DNA of 64,000 nucleotides. It comes from Eledone cirrhosa (Eukaryota). The notes under the pieces were generated by a model. It was given only the letters and a program-made list of their open reading frames with translations. It was not told the origin of the DNA and did no database searches. This document shows, in pieces, positions 1-13,300 of this stretch. The stretch lies in assembly GCA_964016885.1 (NCBI GenBank), contig OZ024746.1, positions 86,366,001 to 86,430,000 on the forward strand, in the 5' to 3' direction. Position 1 is the stretch's first letter; the number at the start of each line of letters is the position of its first letter. Both the position numbers and the translations under genes were made by a program.

Positions 1-74
1 GGTCACAGAAGAATGGGAGGGGAGGATGGAGGGTGGTGGGCTCTAGGCCTAGTCTTTGGGAAGTAAATTAATGA

Positions 75-653
75 ATAACAACGATAAACAAAACAGCAGC
101 AGCAGTAGCAGCAGTAGCAGCAGTAGCAGCTCCTATTATCACAACCACCACCACTACTACAACCACTACCATCAACACAACAACAACAGCACCACCACCA
201 CCACCACAACAACAACAACAACGATAACACCACCACCACAACAACGATAACACCACCACCACCACCACCACCACCACAACAACAACAACGATAACAACCA
301 CTACCTCCACAACCTCCAACAAAAACAGCAGTAGCAATAGTGGCAAAGATAACCCTCATCACCACCACCATTACCCCCACCACCACCATCATCATCACTA
401 CTGGCACCAACACCACCACCAACATTATCAATATCATCATCATCATCATCACCACAATAACATCAACAACAACAAAAACAGCAGAAGCAACAGCAACAAA
501 AACATCAACAACAACAACAACCACTAGAGCAATACTAATAACAAACTCTACCACCACCATGTCAACAACAACAGCAACAACAGCACCAATAGTAGCAGCA
601 GGAGCAACAGCAGCCACCACCACCACCATTACCACCACCACCACTAACACCAT

Positions 654-684
<31 letters not shown>

Positions 685-1015
685 ACTAACACCATCAACG
701 CAACCACCGCCGCCACCACCACCACCACCATTACCACCACTAACACCATCAACGCAACCACCACCGCCGCCGCCACCACTAACACCATCAACGCCACCAC
801 CGCCGCCACCACCACCACCACCACTATCAACGCAACCACCGCCGCCACCACCACCATTACCACCACTAACACCATCAACGCAACCACCGCCGCCGCCACC
901 ACCACTAACACTATCAACGCAACCACCGCCGCCGCCGCCACCACCACCACCACCACCACTAACACTATCAGCGCAACCACCGCCGCCGCCGCCACCACCA
1001 TCACCACAGCAACAA
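75..1015. repeat. Compound trinucleotide microsatellite (CAG/ACC/AAC/GCC) with higher-order ACTAACACCATCAACGCAACCACCGCC units
   Basis: Read directly; explains the Thr/Val/Gly-rich ORFs on both strands. Confidence 0.9.
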
Positions 1016-1958
1016 TGGTTTCTCGTATAGGCACAAGGCCAACAATTTTGGGAGAGGGGGAAAGTCAATTAAATCCACCCACAGTGTATTACTGGTACTT
1101 TTATTTTATCGACCCCGTAAGAATGTAAGTCAAATTAACCTCGGCGGGATTTGAACTCAGATCATAAAGGGCCATAACTCTATGCTGCAAAGCATGGCGT
1201 CCGACTCTCAACCGATACTGCCAATCCACCGCCCTTAACAATAACAATAATTGTTTCTACTTTGGGGACAAGGCCAGCAATTACCCAGTACATTACTGGT
1301 ACTTTATTTTATCGACCCCGTAAGGATGAAAGGCAAAGTCAACCTCGGCGGGATTTGAACTCAGACCGTAAAGGGACGTAACTATGCTGGAAAGCATGGC
1401 GTCCGACTCTCTACCGATACTGCCAATCCACCGCCCTCATCTATAATAATGACCACAATAACAACCACAACAATATTAACAGTATTGAATTATTGGCAGT
1501 ATCGGTAGAGCCTCGGACATGCTTAACGGTATAGAGTTACGGCCCTTTACGTTCTAAGTTCAAATCTCGCCGAAGTTAACTTTGCCTTTCATCCTTACGA
1601 GGTCAATAAAATAAAGAACCAGTAATGCACTGGTTCGATTTAATCGACTTCCCCCCCCCCCCCCCCAAAAAAAAAAAAAAATTGCTGGCCTTGTGCCTAT
1701 ATAAGAAACCATAATTATTGATGTCGCTTTTGTTGTTAAGGGCGGTGGACTGGCAATATCAGTAGAGCGTCGGGCAATGCTTTGTAACATAGAGTTACAA
1801 CCCTTTGTGTTCTGAGTTCAAATCCCGCCGAAGTTGGCTTTGCCTTTCATCCTTACGAGGTCAATAAAATACAGAACCAGTAATGCACTGGTTCGATTTG
1901 ATCGAGTTTTCCCTTCCCTTCAAATTACTGGCCTTGTGCCAAAGGTAGAAACAATTAT
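1016..1958. mobile_element. Cluster of four tRNA-derived SINE copies (family A): two minus (1016-1236, 1249-1437), two plus (1492-1716, 1740-1958)
   Basis: GGCGGTGGATTGGCAGTATCGGTAGAG (A-box-like), GAGTTCAAATCCC (B-box), core GCCTTTCATCCTTACGGGGTCGATAAAATAAAGTACCAG, tail GGCCTTGTGCCTAAAGTAGAAACAATTA. Confidence 0.9.
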
Positions 1959-3261
1959 TGGTAGTATGTCAGAAGCAGAGCAGATGCCTGTTAATGTGAG
2001 CTCTAGTTAAAAGAATCAGCTGCTAGAAACGTTCACACATGACCTATATATTAAGAATCACGTGAAAAGGTCTGGTGAGTTTGGGGAGGTTCGGGTAGAC
2101 AAGCAATGTTTTCGTCAAGGTTCCTGTGTTAATATGGTATCACTTGAACTATATAAAGATGATACATATAAGATAGATCCTTGAAAACCGATCGTAAATA
2201 TCCTGTGTAGCAAAGAGTTGTCTAGTATATCAACTACCTTGAATTTATACATTATTGTCAATTGTGTCTAACTGTTCATTCCGTGAATTGTTGTGTTGTT
2301 ATGTTTTCTTTCCTTCTGATTTCAAAGGTGAAAAGTGACTGAGAATTTGATGAATTTCATAATTGCAAATAATATAATTTTATGAAATGCTATTTCCGCA
2401 AAGGTAATTTAACTAAATATGAAGAAAAGACATCTTTCACCAACCCCAAAGTGGTGGAAGATCTCTCCGTCGGACGGGGAGGGTTGATAAGACCGAATAT
2501 ATTAGATGCACTATGTTGGAAAAGGCAAGTGCCCATGGCTGGAATGTAACCATTACGGATCTGTTTGATCGAAGCAAATAAAAAAAGAAGGAAAACAAAC
2601 AGCAATAAATTGCAAAAGCATCGTAATACCACGATTTATGATAACAAAATTGAACTCTGGATGAAACTATTTTTGCTGTGGTTCTGGCAAAATATTTTGA
2701 TGACAGGCAAATTCGTGAAGCGTTCCATATTTATGAAGGGCGGTGCCCCAGCATGGCCTCATCCGGATGGCTGGAACATGTAAAAGAGTAAAAGAGTAAA
2801 AGAGTAAATGAGCATTCTACTGGAAAATGTCAAGGGTATTTCTACACAACATAGATATGATTTCAAAGTCATTGACAAAGACGAAATACCACCATGATCT
2901 CATATAGAGTGTCCAGATAAAAAAGATGATTTTAAAATCATTAAATGATAAGTTATAAAGATTAAATTAATTTTGTGTATTTAGTAAATATTTGAACGTT
3001 TCATGTAAATATATTGAATATAAATCAATATATGACTAACTAAGCACATGTTTTATCTGGGTCAGCCTGTATATTTCAAGAAAACATCCGGAATTGTCAT
3101 TAGTAGTAGGTATATCTCTAAATAACCTAATAAAATATAAAAATTCGAAGATTTCTGGTGTCCTTGGTCCTAGAACCATCTTCCTACTCCCTACCATCGG
3201 CACGGAGTTGGCTATCCGTGTAAGGTGCGAGCCTAGTGAGCTGGAATGGCTCTTCCAGCGC

Positions 3262-3475
3262 GTCTCTCTCACCACCCTCTGGGGAAACGCCTTCTCCATT
3301 TCCCCATTCGGTTCGCCGGGGCCACGGTGCGGTCAGCGCCTGGGGCCCCATTTGCTCATAATAGTGAAAGATGGGGAGAGCAGGAGAAACGGATGCAGTG
3401 ACACTGCCTGGGCCCCCATTTGCTCATAATAGTGAAAGATAGGGAAAGCGGGAGAGATGGATGCAGTGGCAGTGC
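3262..3475 (+). repeat. Unclassified interspersed repeat with an internal tandem duplication; other copies at 22297-22440 (+) and ~58990-59050 (-)
   Basis: Shared GGGCCCCATTTGCTCATAATAGTGAAAGATGGGGAGAGCAGGAGA motif. Confidence 0.7.
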
Positions 3476-3817
3476 ATAAACTACAAACTGACATTTCTTT
3501 AAGTCAAATTGACATTTAAATACTTTCCAGATAAGAAAATCGTATTACAAATGTTCAGACTTTATGCTTGTAAACATACAGCCTGGCGACTACTTTAGAA
3601 AAAAAAATATCGAGGTTTTGAGTTCAATTTCGCTACCCTATTGATTTCAATTTGTTACTCTACTGAAAGCATCGATGATGCTTTCACACGCACGCATACA
3701 CACACAAATAAAAACTCATTCAAGCGCGAATATTCCATACATACATAATATAAAGAGATAGCTAGCTAGCTTGGTAGATAGATAGAGATATTTATTACAT
3801 TAATTATGGTGTAATTT

Positions 3818-3884
3818 AGGTAGAATTGTTTCTCTGGGCGTCTGTTTCGGATTTTCATTGAGACAGCCCCCAGTTCTTCAGCCT
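3818..3884 (-). ncRNA. Type I hammerhead ribozyme motif (degenerate)
   Basis: Minus strand: agg CTGAAGA a-ctggg..ctgtctc/gaaacag..cccag-a GAAA caattc TA cct; 3-bp stem I, A.A mismatch at the base of stem II. Confidence 0.6.
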
Positions 3885-4671
3885 TTAATAACTCCATTTT
3901 GTAATGTCTGTTTCATTTCCTTCGTTTGTGAAAGAGTTCCGAAAGAGAAAAAGGAAAAACGCTCTAGCAACTTGGGATATTCTGTACCGAACTACATTAA
4001 GCTATATACACATAACAAATTAGATTTAATACTTAATGTAGATATGATTATTGTTTGTTTAATCACAAGACTTATTGTGAAGAGAATGAAGTGTAAACAC
4101 ATTTTCTAATATTACACATAAGAGAATGCGTTTAGACATTTCAGAAAATATTCTCTCTTTATCAAAATCGCTGCCTACTGGGGCATCTTTATAGTAATAG
4201 TTATATATGATAAGAAGGGTGTAGAACATAATTCAAGTAGCTAGGCTAATTACGAGGTGTACAAGAAAAAAAATGATGTATTTCTGAGTGGATGGTGTTG
4301 AAACAAATAATCGACTCATACTGATGAAATGTCGCTCGCTTTTGGTCTTCCTTTTATAGCTCCTGACTATTTCACCAATTTTGTAGATGCGTAGCACATC
4401 TACAACATACATCTAGATCAGACATTAGATATGAGGGTGATCTAAACTATAAGAAAAACAAAAATCTTCCGATGCCCTATTTAACGGTCTTTAACCAAAG
4501 AATAAGATTACATAACAACTGAACTTGGGAAGAATGCATTCACAATAAATTCTTATGCGTTGGGGGTGTAAAGAATTGCTTCTTTTGAGATTTTAAAAAC
4601 ATGTCTTTAATTTTGAAATGTGAACGTCCCAACACAAACATTACTGTAATAATAGTCATCTTTATAAATAA

Positions 4672-4715
4672 CTAGCAGTGGTACCCGGCGTTGCACGGGA
4701 TAAGGTATTGTGAAA
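4672..4715 (-). mobile_element. Helitron 3' terminus (5' end not located)
   Basis: Minus strand ends with the subterminal hairpin CCCGTGCAACGCCGGG followed by CTGCTAG|T; same end type as 29950-29977. Confidence 0.7.
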
Positions 4716-5174
4716 TATATAACCGCCTTAGCTAAGCTTAGTATTACCACGATAAATTCCACCGCGAAGTTGAGGAATTTTCCGATTTAAAGAATTCAAA
4801 ATAAAGATACCAATCAAATCTGTCAATTGGGATGAATCGGATGCACCCATTGTAATGTCAAAGAAAATATTTCGTAAACATATATATTTTGATGCTAGAT
4901 TTTTTTCTTCTTATTGTCTTCTTTGTTTTCTGCGCTCATTTGTAAACAAACTATTTACATATATTACGCACACATATTACATTAAATAAAAACAAACTTA
5001 AACACTAAATAGTTCCTCTAAATTCATAACTCATCCACTCTTCTACTTCTTTTCACAGTATATCCTTAATAACATTAATATTTTTATTTTAATAATACAT
5101 ATTAACAATTTCTTTTCCTCGCACATATTATTAAACCTTCAATATACAAACCTTAATTTAATATTATTCTTAAC

Positions 5175-5205
<31 letters not shown>

Positions 5206-5520
5206 CTTTTTCTCTTCAACTTTTAATTTCAAATTCTTTTAAATTATCTATTATCTTCCAACGGCTTTTTAACTTCTCTCTGTGAGACAATATATATTTT
5301 TCTCAGTTGTAAAGGCTATCTCTCTCTCCCTATCACCCATCTCTCCTCCTCTCATCCTTCCTTCTTATACCCCCACCATTCTCTACTCTCATCTCCTCCT
5401 CTTTCCCCCCCCCCCTCACTTTTTCCCAATATCACACATCAATCTTAAATTATTTTTCATATGTTGATTTAAAACTTCACTATTCACAAGTGTTTTTTAA
5501 CCTTCATATCATGTATCCCT

Positions 5521-5589
5521 ATTTTATCTGATGAAAACGCAGATATCATCTCATGATGATATTTGTTTTTGAAATGCGCATAATAAAAT
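5521..5589 (+). ncRNA. Type I hammerhead ribozyme motif, intact core
   Basis: attttat CTGATGA aaacgcagatatcatc-tcat-gatgatatttgttttt GAAA tgcgca TA ataaaat; 7-bp stem I, long stem II, palindromic stem III ATGCGCAT; short tail then (TA)n. Confidence 0.85.
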
Positions 5590-5624
5590 ACTTGGAACTC
5601 TTAACCATCTTTTGATCTTATATT

Positions 5625-5850
5625 ATATATATATATATACTTGTCTGTCTATCTATCTCCCTACCTACCTACCTGTCTATCTATCTCCCTACCTACCTAC
5701 CTGTCTATCTATCTCCCTACCTACCTACCTGTCTATCTATCTGTCTGTCTATCTATCTGTCAGTCAGTCAGTCAGTCTGTATGTCTGTCTAGCTGTCTAT
5801 CTATCTGTCTATCTATCTATTTGTCTTTCTCTCTATTTGTCTATCTATCT
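5625..5850. repeat. (TA)n followed by a tetranucleotide microsatellite (CTAT/CCTA/CTGT)
   Basis: Direct reading. Confidence 0.9.
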
Positions 5851-7387
5851 AAACCAATGTTTTATGGAAAGTTTTAAAATGTCTACGTCGGATTCAAATC
5901 CGTCATAATCCTTAATATTCCGCCTATTATAATTATAGTCTAGCAGCGTTGAATTAAAGCGATTAACGTGCTATTTGTGAAATTGTTTTATTTCGCAATG
6001 ACCATTGACAAAATGTCAAGGTCAGTCGATACAATGATCTGGCTTAAGTGTATGACTAATATTTCTTTTTCAAATGGCCGATTTTATGACGATACATACA
6101 GAAGAAGAAAAAATAAAGAAGCGGACAAAAATTCCCCACCGACAAAACACCCGAGCTCAAATCCCCACTGGATAAATCCCTACAAAATATCCACTCTTAC
6201 CGGAAAGCAACAACATAAAACAGTAAATGATATAAAATCTGTTTGTAATTTTTAATGGCCTAACATTATGAAATGTTGCAGTTGGTAGTTGGTTTTGTTT
6301 AGCTCCATGTCAAACTTGATCAAGTCTTTTTCAGGCGTAGATTTAGAACTACCTTATCCAATATGTCCTTTTTTTCAAAACTATTCAGCATGATTAAAGA
6401 GAAACTAAAGTCGCATTTCTAGTAGTTACGTATCAATATAGAGAATTCTTCGATAAATTGGTAGGCTGGTTATAGATTTGTTGGTGGTACTGGGCCATAT
6501 AACCTACAGAACCCACTGGAGTTTCAAATAACCTACAAGTCACCCTTCTGACTTGTAGGTTATGTACAATGAATTATTGAAGTGCTTAATGTAGTGAGAA
6601 AAAAATAATGTATAATCAACTGAAATTCGTAATTCTTATCAAAAGGGTTAAGAGAGAGAACTCAGAAAATTAAATTTTCAATTAGACAGTTCACCAGATA
6701 CGTATTTAAACTCCATTACTCAACAGGCATTCTTTTCAACTAGATGGAGTAGGCTTTTACGAGGTTAATGTTTTTGTTTGTTGGTTGATTTCATGTTTTG
6801 TTTCTTTTTTTGTTGTGTGTGTGTGTGTGGGGGGGGGGGGGGCTATTTTTAACGATGGACAATGAAACGCCGGAAAAAATACGATACTTGGATACATTCG
6901 TTGAAATAAGACAGGATGACTTCGGGTGGAATGTACCTCTTCTTTTTCGGCAGCTGAAGATACACACGTGTATAGATACGTGCGAATATATATATTTGTC
7001 TTTTTCTTCCTCATCTTCGACCACCTCTCTCTCTCTCTCTCTCTCGCATATATATATATATATGCATGCATAGACATACACACACACACACATATATAAG
7101 AGGGAGAGAGAGAGAGAGAGGGGGTGAAGATGAAGAGGAGAAAGACAAACATTGAAATCTCGTTCCTTTTTTTATTTTTTCTTACAATTCTATTTTTTCT
7201 TTCAAGTATTATTATTGGGCCTTTTCTGTATTACTCAACACCCCTCCCCCTCTTCCCCTCCATCAAACCACCACAGGAACAACGCACACATCATCAACAC
7301 GATCACCATTACTTTCATTATCATCCGGCAGTTTCTGTATTTGACATTTCCTAGGTGATGTGGCCTTTAAATGAAATAGTAACCAAC

Positions 7388-10300
7388 ACAAGAACATCAC
7401 GATGTTTCACATGATATATACTACACCAGTTAGTTGAACCTCCAGCTCAAGAACAGCATGATGTTACACATGAAAAATACTGCACCAGTTGAACCTCCAG
7501 CTCAAGAATATCATAATGTTACACATGAAACACTACAACAGTTGAACCTCCAGCTCAAGAACATAACGATGTTACACATGAAACACACTACACCAGTGAA
7601 CGACCAGCTCAAAAACATCTCGATGTTACACATGAAACACACTACACCAGTTGAACCAGCAGCTCAGGAACAGCATGATGTTACACATGAAATATACTAC
7701 ACCAGTTGAACCTCCAGCTCAAGAATATCATGATGTTACACATGAAACATACTACACCAGTTGAACCACCAGCTCAAGTATATCATGATGTTACACATGA
7801 AACATACTACACCAGTTGAACCACCAGATCAAGAATATCTCGATGTTACACATGAAACACACTACACCAGTTGAACCTCCAGCTCAAGAACATCTCGATG
7901 TTACACATGAAACACACTACACCAGTTTGAACCACTAGCTCAAGAATATGATGATGTTACACATCAAACATACTACACCAGTTGAACCACCAGCTCAAGA
8001 AAATCACGATGTTACACATGAAACATACTACACCAGTTGAACCACCAGCTCAAGAATATCATGATATTACACATGAAACATACTGCACCAGTTGAACCTC
8101 CAGCTCCAGAACATCATGATGTTACACATGAAATATACTACACCAGTTGAACCTCCAGCTCAAGAATATCATGATGTTACACATGAAACATACTACACCA
8201 GTTGCACCACCAGCTCAGGAACATCACGATGTTACACATGAAACACACTACAACAGTTGAACCTCCAGCTCAAGAACATCACGATGTTACACATGAAACA
8301 CACTACACCAGTTGAACCACCAGCTCAAGAACATCACGATGTTACACATGAAACATACTACACCAGTTGAACCTCCAGCTCAAGAATATCATGATATTAC
8401 ACATGAAACATACTGCACCAGTTGAACCTCCAGCTCAAGAACATCATGATGTTACACATGAAACATACTACACCATTTGAACCACCAGCTCAAGAATATC
8501 ATGATGTTACACATGAAACATACTACAACAGTTGCACCACCAGCTCAAGAACATCACGATGTTACACATGAAACAGACTACAACAGTTGAACCTCCAGCT
8601 CAAAGAACATCACGATGTTACACATGAAACACACTACACCAGTTGAACCACCAGCTCAAGAACATCACGATGTTACACATGAAACACACTACACCAGTTG
8701 AACCACCAGCTCAAGAACATTATAATGTTACACATGAAACACACTACACCAGTTGAACCACCAGCTCAAGAATATCTCGATGTTACACATGAAACACAGT
8801 ACACCAGTTGAACCGCCAGCTCAAGAACATTACGATGTTACAAATGAAACACACTACAGCAGTTGAACCACCAGCTCAATAATGTCACGATGTTACATAT
8901 GAAACACACTACACCAGTTGAAGCACCAACTCAAGAACATTACGATGTTACACATGAAACACACTACACCAGTTGAACCACCAGGTCAAGAACAGCATGA
9001 TGTTACACATGAAACATACTACACCAGTTGAACCACCAGCTCAGGAACAGCATGATGTTACACATGAAACATACTACACCAGTTGAACCACCAGCTCAAG
9101 AACATCACAATGTTACACATGAAACACACTACACCAGTTGAACCACCAGCTCAAGAATATATCGATGTTACACATTAAACACACTACACCAGTTGAACCA
9201 GCAGCTCAAGAACATCTCGATGTTACACATGAAACATACTACACCAGTTGAACCACCAGATCAAGAACATTACGATGTTACACATGAAACATACTGCACC
9301 AGTTGAACCACCAGCTCAAGAAAATCACGATGTTACACATGAAACACACAACACCAGTTGAAGCACCAGCTCAAGAACATTATAATGTTACACATGAAAC
9401 ACACTACACCAGTTGAACCACCAGCTCAAGAACATTATAATGTTACACATGAAACACAGTACACCAGTTGAACCGCCAGCTCAAGAACATTACGATGTTA
9501 CAAATGAAACACACTACAGCAGTTGAACCACCAGCTCAAGAACATTACGATGTTACACATGAAACAAACTACACCAGTTGAACCACCACCTGAAGAACAT
9601 CACGATGTTACACATGAAACATACTACTCCAGTTGAACCACCAGCTCAAGAATATCATGATGTTACACATGAAACACACTACACCAGTTGAAACTCCAGC
9701 TCAAGAACATCACGATGTTACACATGAAACATACTACACCAGTTGAACCTCCAGCTCAAGAACATTACGATGTTACACGTGAAACATACTACACCAGTTG
9801 AACCTCCAGCTCAAGAACATCATCATGTTACACATGAAACATACTACACCAGTTGATCCACCAGCTCAAGAACATCTCGATGTTACACATGAAATAAACT
9901 GCACCAGTTGAACCACCAGCTCAAGAACCTCCTTATGTTACAAATGAAACACACTACACCAGTTGAACCTCCAGCTCAAGAACGTTACGATGTTACCCAT
10001 GAAACACACTACACGAGTTGAACCACCAGCCCAACGTCATCACGATGTTACACATGAAACACTACACCAGTTGAACCACCAGCTCAAGAATATCTCGATG
10101 TTACACATGAAAGACGGTACACCAGTTGAACCACCAGCTCAAGAATATCATGATGTTACACATGAAACATACTACACCAGTTGAACCACCAGCTCAAGAA
10201 CATCTCGATGTTACACATGAAACACACTACACCAGTTGAACCACCAGCTCAAGAACATCATGATGTTACACATGAAACATACTGCACCAGTTGAACCACC

Positions 10301-13300
10301 AGCTCAAGAACATCACGATGTTACTCATGAAACACACTACACCAGTTGAACCACCAGCTCAAGGTCATCACAATGTTATACAAGAAACACACTACACCAG
10401 TTGAACTACCAGCTGAAGAATATCATTATGTTACACATGAAACACACTACACCAGTTGAACCACCAGCTCAAGAACATCACGATGTTACACATGAAACAC
10501 ACTACACCAGTTGAACCTCCAGCTCAAGAACATCTCGATGTTACACATGAAACACACTACACCAGTTGAACTACCAGCTCACGAATATCATGATGTTACA
10601 CATGAAAGATACTACACCAGTTGACCCTCCAGCTCAAGAACATCATGATGTTACACATGAAATAAACTGCACCAGTTGAACCACCAGCTCAAGAACCTCC
10701 TGATGTTACAAATGAAACACACTACACCAGTTGAACCTCCAGCTCAAGAACGTTACGATGTTACCCATGAAACACACTACACGAGTTGAACCACCAGCTC
10801 AACGTCATCACGATGTTAGACATGAAACACTACACCAGTTGAACCACCAGCTCAAGAACATTATAATGTTACACATGAAACACACAACACCAGTTGAACC
10901 ACCAGCTCAAGAATATCTCGATGTTACACATGAAACATACTACACCAGTTGAACCACCAGCTCAAGAATATTATGATGTTACACATGAAACATACTACAC
11001 CAGTTGAACCTCCAGCTCAAGAATATCATGATGTTACACATGAAACAAACTACACCAGTTGAACCACCACCTGAAGCACATCACGATGTTACACATGAAA
11101 CATACTACTCAAGTTGAACCATCAGCTCAAGAATATCATGATGTTACACATGAAACACACTACACCAGTTGAAATTCCAGCTCAAGAACATCACGATGTT
11201 ACACATGAAAAATACTACACCAGTTGAACCTCCAGCTCAAGAACATCATGATGTTACACATGAAACACACTACACCAGTTGAACCTACTGCTCAAAGTCA
11301 TCACAATGTTATACATGAAACACACTACACCAGTTGAACCTCCAGCTCAAGAATATCATGATGTTACACAGAAAGATACTACATCAGTTGAACCACCAGT
11401 TCAAGAACATTACGATGTTACACATGAAACATACTACACCAGTTGAACCTCCAGCTGAAGAACATCTCGATGTTACACATGAATCACACTACACCAGTTG
11501 AACTACCAGCTCAAGAATATCATGATGTTACACATGAAAGATACTACACCAGTTGAACGTCCAGCTCAAGAACATCATGATGTTACACATGAAATAAACT
11601 GCACCAATTGAACCACCAGCTCAAGAACCTCCTGATGTTACAAATGAAACACACTACACCAGTTGAACCTCCAGCTCAACAACATTACGATGTTACCCAT
11701 GAAACACAGTACACGAGTTGAACCACCAGCTCGAGGTCATCACGATGTTACACATGAAACACACTACACAAGTTGAACCACCAGCTAAAGAATATCATGA
11801 TGTTACACATGAAACATACTACTCCAGTTGAACCACCAGCTCAATAATGTCACAATGTTACATATGAAATACGCTACACCAGTTGAACCACCAACTCAAG
11901 AATATTACGATGTTATACATGAAACAAACTACACCAGTTGAACCACCAGCTCAAGAACATTACGATGTTACACATGAAACACACTACATCAGTTGAACCA
12001 CCAGCTCAAGAACAGCATGATGTTACATATGAAACATACTACACCAGTTGAACCACCAGCTCAAGAAGAGCATGATGTTACACATGAAACACACTACACC
12101 AGTTGAACCATCAGCTAAAGAACATCATGATGTTACACATGGAATAAACTACACCAGTTGAACCGCCAGCTCAAGAACATCCTGATGTTACAAATGAAAC
12201 ACACTACACCAGTTGAACCAGCAGCTCAAGAACATTACGATGTTACATATGAAACATACTACACCAGTTGAACCACCAGCTCAAGGTCATCACGATGTTA
12301 CACATGAAACACACTACACCAGTTGAACCACCAGCTCAAGAACATTACGATGTTACACATGAAACACACTACACCAGTTGAATCACCAGCTCAAGAACAT
12401 TACGATGTTACACATGAAACACACTATACCAGTTGAACCACCAGCTCAAGAATATGATGATGTTACACATGAAACACACTACACCAGTTGAACCACCAGG
12501 TCAAGTACAGCATGATGTTACACATGAAACATACTACACCAGTTGAACCACCAGCTCAAGAAAATCATGATGTTACATATGAAACATACTACACCAGTTG
12601 AACCACCAGCTCAAGAATATCATGATGTTACACATGAAATATACTACACCAGTTGAACCACCAGCTCAAGAATATCATGATGTTACACATGAAACGTACT
12701 ACACCAATTGAACCACCAGCTCAAGAACATTACGATGTTACACATGAAACACACTACACCAGTTGAACCACCAGCTCAAGAATATCATGATGTTACACAT
12801 GAAACATACTACACCAGTTGAACCACCAACTCAAGAATATCATGATGTTACATATGAAACACACCACACCAGTTGAACCACCAGCTCAAGAATATCATCA
12901 TGTTACACATGAAACATACTACACCATTTGAACCACCAGCTCAAGAACATTACGATGTTACACATGAAACACACTACACCAGTTGAACCACCAGCTCAAG
13001 AATATCATGATGTTACACATGAAACATACTATACCAGTTGAACCTCCAGCTCAAGAACATTACGATGTTACACATGAAACACACTACACCAGTTGAACCA
13101 CCTGCTCAAGAATATCATGATGTTACACATGAAACATACTACACCAGTTGAACCACCAGCTCAAGAATATCATGATGTTACACATGAAACACACCACACA
13201 AGTTGAACCACCAGCTCAAGAATATCATCATGTTACACATGAAACATACTACACCAGTTGAACCACCAGCTCAAGAACATTACGATGTTACACATTAAAC

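Noticed and set aside
340-1128. 262-aa Thr/Ala-rich mucin- or antifreeze-like ORF
   Set aside because: It is a trinucleotide array open in several frames and strands, and it runs into a SINE; no splice or domain evidence
4321-4350. CTGATGA hammerhead-like core
   Set aside because: No stem II or GAAA follows
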